Assembly: GCF_020745735.1 (NCBI RefSeq)
Contig: NC_083426.1
Location: 3,038,001 to 3,102,000 of the forward strand
Source of the DNA: Hemiscyllium ocellatum
Lineage: Eukaryota
Length of the DNA stretch: 64,000 nt
Direction: 5' to 3'
Shown here: in pieces, positions 24,201-37,889 of the stretch
Layout of the letters: every line of letters starts with the position of its first letter
Position numbering within the stretch: position 1 is the first letter of the stretch
Made by a program: the position numbers and the translations under genes
Notes under the pieces: generated by a model
Told to the model about the DNA's origin: nothing
The model's input: only the letters and a program-made list of their open reading frames with translations
Database searches by the model: none

Positions 24201-25157
24201 CTGTAAGTGTTTCCACGGTTTCACCTGCAGCCCTCTACAAGCTGATATGAGCAGTATGAATTGAATATTAATGTAAAGTTCAAACTCTTTCCTCCTGCTG
24301 GGTTTCCTACTACCTAAGACTCCAATGAGTCATTTGGATTTTATGATTTAATCTATTTAAAGCACTCTCTAAGATAAGAATTTAATCTTTTAAAAAATTT
24401 GCAGTCTGTCATTTTCCCAGCCACCTGTTTGTTCCTCGACACTGTCTTCAGTGAATAATTGAATACAAAACAGAGCTCAATCACCGCACCGTGCCGAGTT
24501 AGCTGGTTCCTGGTTTTACTTGTGCTAGTGTGAAGTAACCATAGTCAGGCCAGGATTCTTGTCCCTTGTTCCTGTCAAGTGACCCCACAGAGAACCAGTG
24601 TGCATGCTAAAAGCATATTAGATAAATACCGAATTGAGGTCAATCGCGATATCACTTGTGGGCAAATAGCCCACATAAGCTGTAACCCTCAATTTGGGAG
24701 TTCGATGACAAGTACATGGTTAGAGGCTTGCAACTGTTTTGACCAAAATCAGTACCTTAGACCCGTCATAAATGTGTGGTACTGGGTTGTTTAGGAATGA
24801 AATCAGGAAGCAAGCACAAGATAGTGGAAATTTGCAATACATGTCCTCCCAAAAACCTGTGCATGGTCATGGACAGTGGCAGGTGTTAAGCATGGTGCAT
24901 TCAGTGGCAGAATCGAGTCTAAGGTCAATGGAATTTTGTTAGGGCATGGATATATTTAAGCAATTCCTACTATTTAAATCAAATGACAAGGACCAATTTA
25001 AAGAGTCCAATCTATTGAAGATAGGTAACGTGCCTGCCAGTTTCAGAGTTTTAACCAAACTGATTTTATTTATGAGAAATGCAAACTGACTTTATTTTTG
25101 AAAACTATCAGATTTTAATTAATGTTTGAGGAGAATGCTATGTTTTCATGTACTAAA

Positions 25158-25163
25158 AATAAA
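25158..25163 (+). terminator. Candidate proximal poly(A) signal of CYB561D1
   Basis: AATAAA preceded by TGTA and followed by a T/GT-rich stretch. Confidence 0.45.
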
Positions 25164-25390
25164 TGGCTCTTTGTTTGATTTGATTGTGCATGTAAACTGA
25201 ACAATTACTGTGGTCTGTCCTTTGAAATCTGTTATTTGATGACACCGATGGCTTTTTACCATTAATGGGATGTGAGCATTGCTAACAATGTCAGTGTGAG
25301 TTGCTTTTTAGGGACTAAATCAGTTTAGCTCTATCACGGGTGTATGGATTTGCATTCTTCCTTTTGAACCATGAAATTGGACTGAAACAC

Positions 25391-25604
25391 GGTGTAAAAA
25401 GTGAGGTCTGCAGATGCTGAAAATGTGTTGCTGGTTAAAGTGCAGCAGGTCAGGCAGCATCCAAGGAACAGGAAATTCGACGTTTCGGGCACTTCGGGCA
25501 CGATCCCTTCATCAGGAATGAGCAAAGTGCCCGAAACGTCGAATTTCCTGTTCCTTGGATGCTGCCTGACCTGCTGTGCTTTAACCAGCAACACATTTTC
25601 AGCT
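25391..25604. mobile_element. Palindromic hairpin element (family A) in the putative CYB561D1 3' UTR
   Basis: Near-perfect inverted arms of about 80 bp. TSD ctgaaacac at 25382-25390 and 25605-25613. Confidence 0.9.
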
Positions 25605-26443
25605 CTGAAACACTTTGTGCTCCTGATATGATCAGTGCAAGGCAGTGTAAGGTTAATTAGCTGTAAATCATCGCAGTGACACTTCTTGTGTAGCAAGAGA
25701 AAGTGGGTCCATTGGCCCCTGGGTTTGTTTCATCGTGCAATTGGATGCTTTAAAATGTGCTGTATAAATGGGGCAGGGAACAGGCAGTCACCCAGCCACC
25801 ACCACTGCATCTGACCCCCCCCCCCCAAAAAAAAACTGAAGTCTATTTAGTTCTGTCAGATTCCCCATGACTGTTTTTAAAATTAATCCTTTCAGCTAGT
25901 CCCCTTCTAACCCTGGTGCCATTGATGGCCATCACGTGTTGTTGTCGTCTTTGTTGTGATTAGGGATTATTGTGTTTTAAAATGTGGTTCATCTTGCTAT
26001 TGAATTCAATTTTGTGCATAGCAAGATCGTACATGTGGCATCAGAAATCAATGACCTAAGCTCTTGATCATGTTGACTGAGCCAAGACTTCCTGACCCTG
26101 TTGCGATAATGCCATAGGGCCGTACTACCTATAACATCTGGACTTGTGAAGAGTCCCTTTTGTTCAGCATCAAGCCTAACATGGAGCTGTCCCTGACAGA
26201 GTTGCAGTGTGAGCCGCAATGTGTCCTACTCATTATAACCTACAAGTGTTGGATTTTATTTGTATTGCCTGTTAGTTTCTGATGAGCTTTCAAACTTTGT
26301 TACAGGTTTCTACAACTCTAATCTATTGAATAATAACAGTTAGGCTTATGTTGTACATTTGTATTGAAATAAGATTGCACTAAAGTTATTAATTTTAAAA
26401 AAATGATTATGTACTTTGCACCATCCTTTTAAAATGTTCCTTT

Positions 26444-26449
26444 AATAAA
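26444..26449 (+). terminator. Candidate distal poly(A) signal of CYB561D1
   Basis: AATAAA after an AT-rich stretch with several TGTA motifs (26350-26415). Confidence 0.5.
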
Positions 26450-27687
26450 GGATATCTTGGTTTCTTGAATTGCGCAGAGGTCTTTCCATTTGAATGTTTT
26501 TATGAAGCTGGAAGAAAACTAATCACAAATGTCAGGCTGTGTCAATTCTGCCAATGTTCAAGGGGTTAGAGGAATAGTCACCTCGTAAACATAATGTTCA
26601 CCTAAGCTTGCAGCAGCAAGGTCACGTGTGAGACACATTAAGCATACTTGCACACAAAACCAAGTCAGAACAGTCGTGAGGGAATGGCAATGCTACAAGT
26701 GCTGTCTTTCTGATGAGATACTAAACTGACATTCTTTCAAAGAAATTGCAGAGAGATCTCCCAATGTCCCTGTCAAAATACTTCCAGCTATCTGTTAGTG
26801 CCATTTATGCGTACAATTTGCTTTGCAAGCTGTGACTGGATGCTTGATGAAATGGTATGGTTGGGGGAGGGAGAGGTGGTGGCACATCAGCCCTCTCATG
26901 ATCCCGTTCCCCTTCCATCCTCATGCTGCATAGCGCAGTCCAACTGCCAGCTTCATAAGGCAGAGAAAAACATTAGTCTAATCTAATCTAATCACTCTTC
27001 TGGGTGACTGATTTTCTGTCCTGGACCCACATTCCAGCATTGCTTCCACCACCATATGAGCCCATAATTCTTAATTCCGTTCAGTGCCCCAATCCACACT
27101 ACAGTCCCGGGGGAAGTGGGACCCCTTGTCATGTGGCATAAGTGAGTGGAAAAAAATCTGGGTAACTTATCGGAAAACATTGCTTTGTTTCAGGAAGTAA
27201 ATGAAAACCCACTCTGACTGAAGTGTTCTCAGAGAAACTGGAAGAAATGCACTCTCCAATTTAATGCTTTATGCAAATACTTTGGATATTGGAAATATTC
27301 ATGTTTGATTGTTTAGGGAACGAGGTGGTGAATATGTAGTTGAGAATTCCACCGATTGTGTTTTTAGTTCTGTTCTGACAGAGGGGCACCCATGACATGC
27401 CTCTTTGCCCCTCTTTGTTACTGGCAGCATCCATGAAGTCACCAAGAGTTAATGTTTAACGATGACCTTTGCTCCAATATAAAGAGATCTTCATACGACT
27501 ATTTTCCCATCAACTTACAAAAGGGCACATGGTGCCAGCTGGGATATCTAAATGTCTCCACAAAGTGGGTATGGGATGCAGGAGATGCTAAAACCTTAGA
27601 GAGTGCAAAGCAGACTCATAGAATGATAACAAGAATGAGGGATTTTAGATACAAGGAAAGATTAGAGAGATCGGGCTTATTCTCCTT

Positions 27688-27888
27688 GGAGAAAGTGAGG
27701 ACTGCAGATGCTGGAGACCAGAGTTGAAAAATGTGGCGCTGGAAAAACAGCGGGGCAGGAGAATCGGCGTTTCGGACATAAGTCCTTCTGGAATTCCTGA
27801 AGAAGGGCTTATGCCTGAAATGTCGATTCTCCTGTCCTTTGGATGCTGCCTGGCCTGCTGTGTTTTTCCAGCACCACGTTTTTCAACT
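27688..27888. mobile_element. Palindromic hairpin element (family A) inserted in an old CR1
   Basis: TSD cttattctcctt at 27676-27687 and 27889-27900. Confidence 0.85.
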
Positions 27889-28020
27889 CTTATTCTCCTT
27901 TTGAGCAGAGGAGATTTAAGAGGTGACCTTTATTGAGATGTTCAAAGTTATGAGCAACATTGACAGTAAAAAAGGATATTGTTTCCACTGGTTGGTAAGT
28001 CAGTAACTTGGGGTCACCAT

Positions 28021-28330
28021 AGTGCGGCACGGTGGCTCAGTGGTTAGCACTGTTGCCTCACCGTAGGGACCCTGGGTTCAATTCCAGCCTCGGGTGACTG
28101 TGGAATTTGCACTTTCTCCGTGTTTGCGTGGCTTTCCTCCGGGTGCTCCAGTTTCCTTACACTGTCCCAAGATGTGCAGATTAGGTGAATTGGCCATGCT
28201 AAATTGTCTATAGTGGTCAGGGATGTGTAGATTTAGGTGCATTTGTCACAGGAACGGGTCTGGGTATGATGCACTTCAGAGGGTAGGTGTGGACTTATTG
28301 GGCTGAAGGGCCTGTTACCACACTGTAGAA
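28021..28330 (+). mobile_element. HE1-type SINE
   Basis: gcggcacggtggctcagtggttagcact (A box), gggttcaattcc (B box), and a CR1-like tail. Confidence 0.85.
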
Positions 28331-28736
28331 ATTCTAAAAATGTTAATTCTCATACATTTCCATGGTTGTTATGAGAGAGCTGAGGAGAAACTTCTTAGTG
28401 TTGTTAGGATTTGGAATGTACTGCCTGGGAGAGTGTGGGAGGAGGTTTCAAAAAGAGAGGTGGGTATGGTATTTGAAAGTGATGGAAGTTAGAGAGCTAT
28501 GAAGATGGGGCTGGAGAATGGGGTGAGCTGGGTAGCTCTTTCAGGAGCCAGTACAGAGATGATGGGCCAAATGCTCTCCTGTATTGTAAAATTCTATGAT
28601 TCTACATACCTCAGGTTTTGTGAATAATAATGTATTGGGAATTGTTAATCTGACAGTATTGCTCACTCACCAAGTGAGAATGGAGGATATCAAATCCCCC
28701 CAACACCCACTTCCCTAAGGATAAACATAATGCAGA

Positions 28737-28990
28737 CTAGATTAGATTAGATTACTTAGTGTGGAAACAGGCCCTTCGGCCCAACAAGTCCACACCGACC
28801 CGCTGAAGCGCAACCCACCTATACCCCTACAATTACCCTTACCTAACACTACGGGCAATTTAGCATGGCCAATTCACCTGACCTGCACATCTTTGGACTG
28901 TGGGAGGAAACCAGAGCACCCGGAGGAAACCCACGCAGACACGGGGAGAACGTGCGAGCTCCACACAGACAGTCGCCTGAGGTGGGAATC
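28737..28990 (-). mobile_element. HE1-type SINE, 5'-truncated
   Basis: (AGATT)n tail and HE1 body. Confidence 0.85.
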
Positions 28991-29079
28991 TGGCTAGCTT
29001 TTTAAAATCAGCATTTCTGTTGCAGCTTTCTGATATCCCAAATTGCCCCTCAGCCAATTAAGTACTCTGCAATGTTAAA

Positions 29080-29340
29080 GTAAGACAGACAAAAATTGCA
29101 ATGTGGTGATGAAAAAGTAATGTATTTTTGTCTTGTTGATTAAGTGAATAAAACTGGTTAGGGCAGCAGGAGATGTCCCTAGCTCCTCTTTGACTTGTGC
29201 TAATGCATGTTTTGCACCCATCTGAGAAGGTAAATGAGGGCCTTAGTTTACCTCCTGATCTGAGAACTGGCACCTCTGACAGTGTAGAATGTGTTTAGTA
29301 CTGCCACTGTCTGTCACCTCTGGATGATGAGCTTGATTCT
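29080..29340 (-). mobile_element. Old Deu-domain SINE (SacSINE1/AmnSINE-like) fragment
   Basis: Similar to 54880-55160, 50010-50440 and 58185-58400. Family assignment is from memory of the Deu consensus. Confidence 0.5.
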
Positions 29341-30004
29341 GTAATGAGATGGGTTTGCAGAGCCATGTGACCTGAACATTGAGAGCTACTCAGAGTTACG
29401 TGGTGTGGGTAACGGGTCTTAGCTAACTTATCTCAGAAGTGGGACAAAACCTCATCCTTGAGAAGCCTTCTCATTTTACGCAAACAGACAGGCTTTTCAA
29501 ACTAGTGGTGTAGAATTGACCATGTCTCATTCAAGGTTCCAACGTTTCATGAATCCTCCACATCCCTATGTTGCACATGAGATCTCTGTTTATTATAGAA
29601 TTTGCAGATCAGGAGGCCATTCAGCATGCCTTGCTGGCTAAAATAAAAACAGAGAATGCTGGAGAAATTCAGCCGGTGTGCAGCATTCATGATGAGAGAA
29701 ACAGATCTGATCTGAAGAAGAATCTTTGACCTCAAACATTAACTCATTGTTGTGGGAAATGTGGCAGCCAAATTGATCCTACAAACTGCAATGCGATAAT
29801 GTACAATTTGTTTTTGGTCAAGGATAAAAGTGATCCGAGGGCATATTAGGAGATTCTCTAACTCTCTTCAGTTAGTGTTACTGGATCGTTTCCTGACAGA
29901 ATTTAATACCTCCATAACAAGAGGAAAGATAACTAATGAAGTATCGAATTGAATCCCTGGCATATGGTGTCTGCATTCAGCTGCCTGAGCTAGTCAAGGT
30001 GACA

Positions 30005-30845
30005 TTAGAACATAGAACAATGCAGCACAGAACAGGCCCTTCGGCCCACGATGTTGTGCTGAACATTTCTCCTAGCTTAAGTACCTATCCATGTACCTAT
30101 CCAATTGCTGCTTAAAGGTCACCAAGGATTCTGACTCTGCTACTCTCACAGGCAGCGCATTCCATGCCCCCACCACTCTCTGGGTAAAGAGCCTACCCCT
30201 GACATCCCCCCCGCTATACCTTCCACCCTTCACCTTAAATTTATGTCCCCTTGTAACACTCTGTTGTACCTGGAGAAAAAGTCTCTGACTGTCTACTCTA
30301 TCTATTCCCCTGATCATCTTATAAACCTCTATCAAGTCACCCCTCATCCTTCGCCGTTCCAATGAGGAAAAGGCCTAGCACTCTCAACCTTTCTTTGTAT
30401 GACCTATTCTCCATTCCAGGCAACATCCTGGTTAATTTCCTCTGCACCCTCTCCAAAGCTTCCACATCCTTCCTAAAATGAGGCGACCAGAACTGCGCAC
30501 AGTACTCCAAATGTGGCCTTACCAAGGTCCTATACAGCTGCAACATCACCTCACGACTCTTGAATTCAATCCCTCTGCTAATGAACGCTAATACACCGTA
30601 GGCCTTCTTGCAAGCTCTATCCACCTGAGTGGCAACTTTCAAAGAGCTATGAACATAGACCCCAAGATCCCTCTGCTCCTCCACCTTACTAAAGACCCTA
30701 CCGTTAACCCTGTATTCCGCATTCTTACTTGTCCTTCCAAAATGGACAACCTCACACTTGACAGGGTTGAATTCCATCTGCCACTCCTCAGGCCAGCTCT
30801 GCATCATATCTAAGTCCCTTTGCAGCTAACAACAGACCTCCTCCG
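30005..30845 (-). mobile_element. CR1 LINE 3' fragment
   Basis: ORFs 30337-30807 and 30072-30362 (WQMEFNPVKC, LVRPHLEYC) and a (TTCTATG)n tail. Confidence 0.9.
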
Positions 30846-32639
30846 ATCTTCATTATAGAAGATTACTAAGAACAGCCTAATAACAGATAATGGAGAATTT
30901 GGTGACTCCAGGAAAGAAATGAGAAAACTGTAACATTAAAAACATGTATATAAAAAGTCGAGTGGAAAACCTAATGAAAGCCCAGGATCCCTTCTTTGTT
31001 CTGAAATGAATTTATTTGCAGCCAACAAACATCTCTCAAGCTTCGCGTCTATTCCAGTTGGGTCAGTGGGTCTTGGTGAATGAGAAATTACCTGGAACTC
31101 AGCCAGTATAAAGCTTTTTGTCCTTCAGGAAACAGAATTGTGATTACTGATCAAAGGGAATAATTACTGCACTGCTCTGATATCATAAACATTGGATTAT
31201 ATTCAACTAATTTCTCTGAAATAAAAACCAAAAGAACGGCAGATGCTGTAAATCAGAAACAAAAAGATAAATTGCTGGCAAAACTCAGCAGGTCTGGCAG
31301 CATCTGTGAAGAGAAGTCAGAGTTAACATTTTGGGTCCAGTGACTGTCAGAACTGAAGGTTTTGCTCTTGTTATTTGTTGAGTGTCATCATTGATTAGTC
31401 TTGGCTGTTCTTGCCCAAGGCTACCTATGCTGGCTTTCTCTTGACATTTGCCTTTCACTGCAGGAAATGTGACAGACTGTATTCTTTGCCTTTCATTCTG
31501 AAGTGCAAGTTGGTTTTGATTTGCTTTGGTGCCTTGTCTCAAGAATATAACTATTTTTAGGAGACATGCCACTGACCACAACACGACTCCACTCATCAAT
31601 AGAATCACCCTCACCTATACACCTTGCCCCCACATCTGCAGCTACCCACCTTTTCGCTTTCTCCTTAACTCCAGCTTCTCCCTATGTCTCTCAATCTCCT
31701 CCTTGTCATCTAATTGCTTCTTGGAAGTATTTATTATTGCCTGTTTTAATGTCTTTTCCTTTTATTTCCAAAAGTTTTGCCAGCTTTCCTTCCAGCTATG
31801 CAAGGTGCTGGGCACATTGGATACGGCTAAAGAAACCAGTTCGGAGTAGCAGGTTCTGTTATAAGTGCTGCATATGAAGTATGTTTAAAGATTAAATTGA
31901 ACTGAATTGAATTGAATTAGCTTTACTGTCATAAATACTCAAATGTACTGAAAAGTTTATAAGTCGCCATCTTAGGTACAATGATACCTAGATACAATCC
32001 TTAGTTACAGAATAGAGAAATAAAGAAAACAAAAGTAACATTCAAGCTATTCGTAGTATAACAATAGGTCAGAAAATCAAGAAGCAAAACTAAAAAGGCA
32101 AACATCACCGTCTCTTCCGAAGGCTCTCTGCAGCAGAATTAGGCGCAAACTACTCCGCCTCCTGCTCCAGCTTCACCATTCAATAAGAGCATTGCTGATC
32201 TACTTACTTCTCATTCTTAGAATCCTAAATGGTTTCATTACTGGCTCCCAAAGTCAAATCTGGCTTGATAGATCATATTTGATTTTTCTTAATTTTTTGT
32301 GGCAGACTTTCACTGAAACACAGGGGCTGGAGATTTGATATTAACAATAAACCAGTTTATTACACAAAAGAAATTTTTAAAAAACAGCTATCTGGACGGA
32401 ACACAGTTTGAAAGATTTCAAAACGCACAAGAAAACAAAGTCCCATCTATGTTGTCACTTTGCCATTAATCAAAATTCATAGAAAATCTGATCAAATCTG
32501 TCAGCTTGACTTAAGGGTTTTATCTCAGTTCTGTTCCTGTGACCTGTGAGGCCTTGCCCCTTGAATATTCACACAACTGAGAACCAAAGCAACTTTATAA
32601 CCAAATGCTCCTGATCTGAAAGTTTAACAAATTACACTC

Positions 32640-33460
32640 TTTATAGACAATAGGTGCAGGAGTAGGCCATTCTGCCCTTCAAGCCAGCACCACCATTCAT
32701 TATGATCATGGTTGATCATCCTCAATCAGTACCCTGTTCCTGCCTTATCCCCATAACCCTTGATTCCACTATCCTTAAGAGCTCTATCCAACTCTTTCTT
32801 GAAAGTATCCAGAGACTTGGCCTCCACAGCCTTCTGGGGCAGAGCATTCCGTACACCCACCACTCTCTGCCATTCCGAAAGGGAGCCATTTATCACTACT
32901 CTTTGTTTCCTATCAGCCAACCAATTTTCAATCCATGTCAGTATTTTGTCCCTAACTCCATGTGCCCTAATTTTGCTCACTAACCTCCTATGTGGGATTT
33001 TATCGAAGGCTTTCTGAAAGTCCAGGTGTACTACATCCAGTGGATCTCCCTTTTCATCTTCAGAGTTACATCCTCCAAAAATTCCAGAAGATTAGTCAAG
33101 CATAATTCTGTTACTATCCAGATGTGTCGTAATTTCATCCTGTATAATTGACTCCAGCATTTTTCCCACCACTGAGGTCAGACTAAATGGTCTATAATTC
33201 TCTGTTTTCTCTCTCCCTCCTTTCTTGAAAAGTGGGACAACATTAGCCACCCTCCAATCCGCAGGAACTGATCCTGAATCTATAGAACATTAGAAAATGA
33301 TCATCAATGCATCCACGATTTCGAGAGAGCCACCTCCTTCAGTATCCTGGGATGCAGACCATCAGGTCCCGTAGACTTCTCAGCCCTCAGACCTAACAGT
33401 CTATCCAACACCATTTCCTGCCTAATATAAATTCCCTCCAGTTCCGGTCCTTCAGCCACT
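32640..33460 (-). mobile_element. CR1 LINE fragment with an internal deletion
   Basis: ORF 32726-32980 fuses 'WLADRKQRVVING' directly to the C-terminal 'VRNALPQKAVEAKS'. Confidence 0.8.
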
Positions 33461-34510
33461 ATTACACGGGAAAACTATTTCATTAACTACTCTGACCAAC
33501 CTCCTACATTTAGGGGAGTCTATACTTCGATCTCACCCCAGATAGACCTCCTTTAAACTATCGAAAAGCTTTTGCACTAAATTTAAAAAAAAACACATCT
33601 GTCCTGGATTCTGCTGAATCTAGAATGAGTTAAGGTTTTGTTCGCTATGTGACTGTCTTCCATCCTATGACATACTGAGCCAAAGAAGTTGCCTCAACTT
33701 GAACAGTGTCAACACAGTTGAGCCCTCTGCTTTAGAGAGGATTGTTGCAAAGTATCCTACAGCAAGTAATTCATCTCCTGACAGTCAAAGCCTTGAGTTG
33801 CATCACATCCACAAACATTCATTTCCTTCACCATTGAAACAGAGGAGCAGTTGTTCATACTATTTACAAGATACGCTCCAGAAATTGAACAAGGACCCTT
33901 AGGAAGCACCCTCCATTCTCACAAACTCTATCCCCTGAAAGAACTAGGGAAGCCGATACATGGAAACTCCACTAGCTGCAAATACTCCTCCAAACCACTC
34001 AGCATCCTGACTTGGAAATATATCGCCGTTCCTTCAGTGTCACTGGATTAAAATTCTGGAATTCCCTCCTAAAGGCATTGTGGGTCTACGTGGACTGCAG
34101 TGGTTCAAGAAGGCAGCTCACCACCATTTTTGCAAGGACGACCAGAGAGGGGCAATAAATGCCTGTCCAGCTGGCGATGCCCTCATCCCATGAATGAATA
34201 AAGAGAGCCGCTGCATTGTGCAGTTTGATGGTCCTTTTGACAGTTGCAGCGTGAAGGATTCAGTAACACAGGGCTGAGTGCCATCCACAACTTTGATGAG
34301 TATCTTCATCTCCATGTGCCTGACCTTTGCCTTCCCTGCAGATATGGACTGGGTTCAGCTGAACATTGTGGAAGGTGTACAGTTTGTCCAGACTAAAAGT
34401 GAAGACAAAAATGCAACACATGCTGATCTGAGAACTTCTCTGTACTAATGATGCAGAGCGAGTTGCTCTCTCAGAAATTCAGCTAAAATGCTTATGGACT
34501 GTCTCTCCCA

Positions 34511-34573
34511 GCTGCAAATGTGTTGCTGGTCAAAGCACAGCAGGTTAGGCAGCATCTCAGGAATAGAGAATTC
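34511..34573 (-). mobile_element. 63-bp single-arm family A insertion
   Basis: 14-bp TSD gactgtctctccca at 34497-34510 and 34574-34587. Confidence 0.85.
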
Positions 34574-34681
34574 GACTGTCTCTCCCATGCCTGTAGCTCA
34601 TTTCCTCTGACTGTAATCATCAGGAGGCCCCTAATCAGGGAACATCTCCATCTCTGATCACACTAATACCTGCTGGGTATT

Positions 34682-34975
34682 AGGGCGGCACATGGCTCAG
34701 TGATTAGCACTGCTGCCTCACAGCACCAGGGTCCCAGGTTTGATTCCAGCCTTGAGCGACTGTCTGTGTAGAATTTGCACATTCTCCCCGTGTCTGCGTG
34801 GGTTTGCTACGGTTTCCTCGCACAGTCCAAAGATACGCAGGTCAGGTGAATTGCCCAGAGTGTTAGGTGCATTCGAGGAGAAATGGATCTGAGTGGGTTG
34901 CTCTTCGGAGGGTTGGTGTGGACTGGTTGGGCCGAAGGGCCTGTTTCTACACTGTTGGGAATCTATTCTAATCTA
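34682..34975 (+). mobile_element. HE1-type SINE, full length
   Basis: tRNA-like head with A/B boxes and a CR1-like tail. Confidence 0.85.
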
Positions 34976-37021
34976 ACCTGGAAAGAACCAACACATTCTG
35001 CCACCTCAGGTCCATGGTGAGCGGCATGCTAAAAAAAAACTGCTAAAATTCTTACATGTTTGCATGGCCAGTAATGGACTTTATGAGGGCAATTAATCAG
35101 GACCATGCATGCAGGAAGTAATTCTGTCAGAATCTTAGTATGTATCAGAAACAACATTGCCTTCACAACCGAGGGTTGATTAAAAACTTTTGGATCAGAG
35201 AAGGTGAAGAGATAATTTGTTGGAGGATTGTGAAATGGTGGGAGGTTTCAATATATCATTGGATGAGAGGGTCAATCACCAGAGATCATTGATGGAAAAT
35301 CATTGGCAAAGAGAGATCAGGAGATTTCTTTTTCCATTCTGAGTCTGCAGAGCCATACCTGAAAAAGGTAGTTGATCTCATAAGTTCTTTCAAAAAGAAG
35401 TTGGACACTTAGTTGAGGAAGAAGAGTGAATAAACTGACAGACAAAATGTGGTGTGTGGGACCATGCCTGCTTTTCCAAAGACCAAATACATGTACAATG
35501 AGCTGAATGGCATGTTCTCTGCTGTTACATTCCCATGAGCCTCGGAGCACATTAACTCCTGTCACCAACCCTCCACTATACTTACAGGGCAAATACTTTT
35601 CACACTCCTTTTTAAACTAAATGTGGCATAAATTGATGACTCTGAAACAGTAACAACGCAAAGAGAGTGTTCCTTATATGATTGCAATGACCTTGCATTT
35701 CTTCCACTCTCTTTGTAAGTGCTGAGCTGATGCTATTGCTATGGTAACAGCTCAGGCTATGATTCAGCATTAATGTCCTTTTACAATGTCATTGACTGTC
35801 TCAAAGGCCCAATAGCTGATTATGGGGGTATATTCCCTGGATACAATGATCTCAGGAATGTTCTGGGACTTTACAGAGCTTTGCACAATAAGACTGGTTC
35901 AAAAATCTTTTGGTCAAATGTTTTGCTTACAGTTTCCAAATTTCTTAAAACTGGCTTCATCAGCACTTTCAGAGCCTTAATATCCCTTGGTTTCCATTGT
36001 AGATTGCTACCATTTGAGCATTTTTGGTTGAGGGTGCAACCATAAGTTAGAGGTGCAGAAGTAGGCCATTCAGCCCATTCAATCTGCTCTGCCATTTAAT
36101 AAGACCATGGCTGATATGATAATCCTCAACTCCATTCTCTTGCCTTTTCCCCATAACCCTTGATTCATTTACTGATTAAAAACATGTCTATCTCAGCCAT
36201 AAATATACTTAATGACCAAACTCCACTATCTTCTGCAGCAAAGCATTTACAGATTCACTCCCATTAAGAGAAGAATTTCCTCCTCATCACTGTCCCGACT
36301 GGGTGAACATTCTCTGGACTGTCTGCATTGCGTGGTCACTCAGTTGTATATGATAACACTTCGGGGTAGAAGGGAAAAAAAAAGCAGATACATTGTCCCT
36401 CTTCCATGTTTACATTCGATGGAGAGCGAGCACGGGGTATCCATTAATGGTCTCCATACCTTGAGAGAGAGAGGTGGGCACCATGGGAAATATGGTGCTT
36501 TTTTACCCCCTCCAATTGTATTTTGATTTAGTCCCTTCCCCCCTCTCTCTACCCCCCCCCCCTCACATTCTGATGAGTTGGATTGTATGTAATGGGATTT
36601 GCATGTAAATATTCAGTTGGCTACACGAGAGGTTTACTGGTGGTGGTTAACAGTTAGAAATGACAAAAACAGTCACAGTCATTTGGTGATGGGAAACCCA
36701 AAATGTTCAGGTGTGTGTAAGAGCATTTCTGGATAAAAAGGGAAAGTAAAGCAGGCCCAGAGATGGGTCTGCAGAACTGTCTGTCCTGGTCTGAGACGTG
36801 CCTAAGTATGTTAGTTCTATTATGAATATATTCTGTTTTTAAATGGTTCTATTTTGTGTTCAACAATAAACAATGTTCTCTCCAGCTGAGTGTCCTGAGT
36901 TATTAGAGTCAAATAAGAGAACCAAAACTGATCAAGGTATTTCCCTTGAAATAGCAGCCAGCATTACCTTTGCTTTCCCTATTACCTGCTGAACTTGGAT
37001 GCTAGGTTTTTGTGATTTATG

Positions 37022-37240
37022 TTGAAAATGTGTTGCTAGTTAAAGCACAGCAGGTCAGGCAGCATCCCAGGAATAGGAAATTCGACGTTTCGGGCATAAG
37101 CCCTTCATCAGGAATGTGAAGGGCTTATGCCCGAAACGTCAAATTTCCTATTCCTGGGATGCTGCCTGACCTGCTGTGCTTTAACTAGCAACACATTTTC
37201 AACTGTGATCTCCAGCATCTGCAGACCTCATTTTTTACCC
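37022..37240. mobile_element. Palindromic hairpin element (family A), young
   Basis: Near-perfect arms of about 85 bp. 14-bp TSD ttttgtgatttatg at 37008-37021 and 37241-37254. Confidence 0.92.
37080..37115 (-). ncRNA. Minimal hammerhead motif (family A), intact
   Basis: ATTC-CTGATGA-A-GGGC ttat GCCC-GAAAC-GTC-GAAT. Variants at 9554-9589(-), 10100-10135(+), 14826-14861(+), 27791-27829(+), about 53068-53104(-), 53101-53136(+) and 58753-58788(-). Confidence 0.85.
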
Positions 37241-37889
37241 TTTTGTGATTTATGCACAGGGACTCCCAAATCCCTTTTCCAATATGCTTTGGAAAACCAT
37301 GATTGAATCTGTCCCCACCTCACTCTCTGGCAGTGCATTCCAAACTGTAACCAGCTACCCTTACCTCACTCCCAGCTGAAATGATGTTGTTCTCAATTCC
37401 ATTGTAAAATCTCATTTTGACATTCCACTATAGCCTTGTTCCTCCTTCTAGCTTTTCTCTTATCTCCTCTAGCCGTACAATCTCCAAGATCTCTGCAAAA
37501 GCCTAAGCTTGGATGTGTGACTAATTGAGGAAGAGGATACCAAGCTCTCAATACCAGGAAATGAAAAAAACTGTTAAATTAAACCTGGTGATGTGATGGA
37601 GGTGAGAACGCTGTCTGATATTTGGGTACTCTAATGTGATAGCGTTGGGATAGAGGAGATGGCATCTCACAGTGTGTTTCAAAATCTTTCAATTTGTGAT
37701 GTGTGTAAATAGTTCAATTTATTCTATTTTGTCTTCATTTGTTTTGCATAATAAACGTCTGCTCTAGTGTTAAACCCAAATCTGCAGCATTGCATGTTTG
37801 TGTTTCAATAACAGATGAACTTAATTTAAAATATGATCTATAAAACCAGATTTCAGTCTGGGACCTGACTTAAAGAAAGGAAAAGGAAG

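Noticed and set aside
28021-28095. tRNA-like sequence (also 34682 and 49030-49100)
   Set aside because: These are SINE heads with A/B boxes continuing into the SINE body, not tRNA genes.
29700-29750. Possible hammerheads at about 29710, 31325, 55310 and 15985
   Set aside because: Core nucleotides or stem II are too degenerate to call.
37022-37240. Hairpins as miRNA precursors or DNA-transposon MITEs
   Set aside because: The arms match a Penelope 3' end, are asymmetric, and have variable-length TSDs. There is no evidence for a miRNA from sequence alone.
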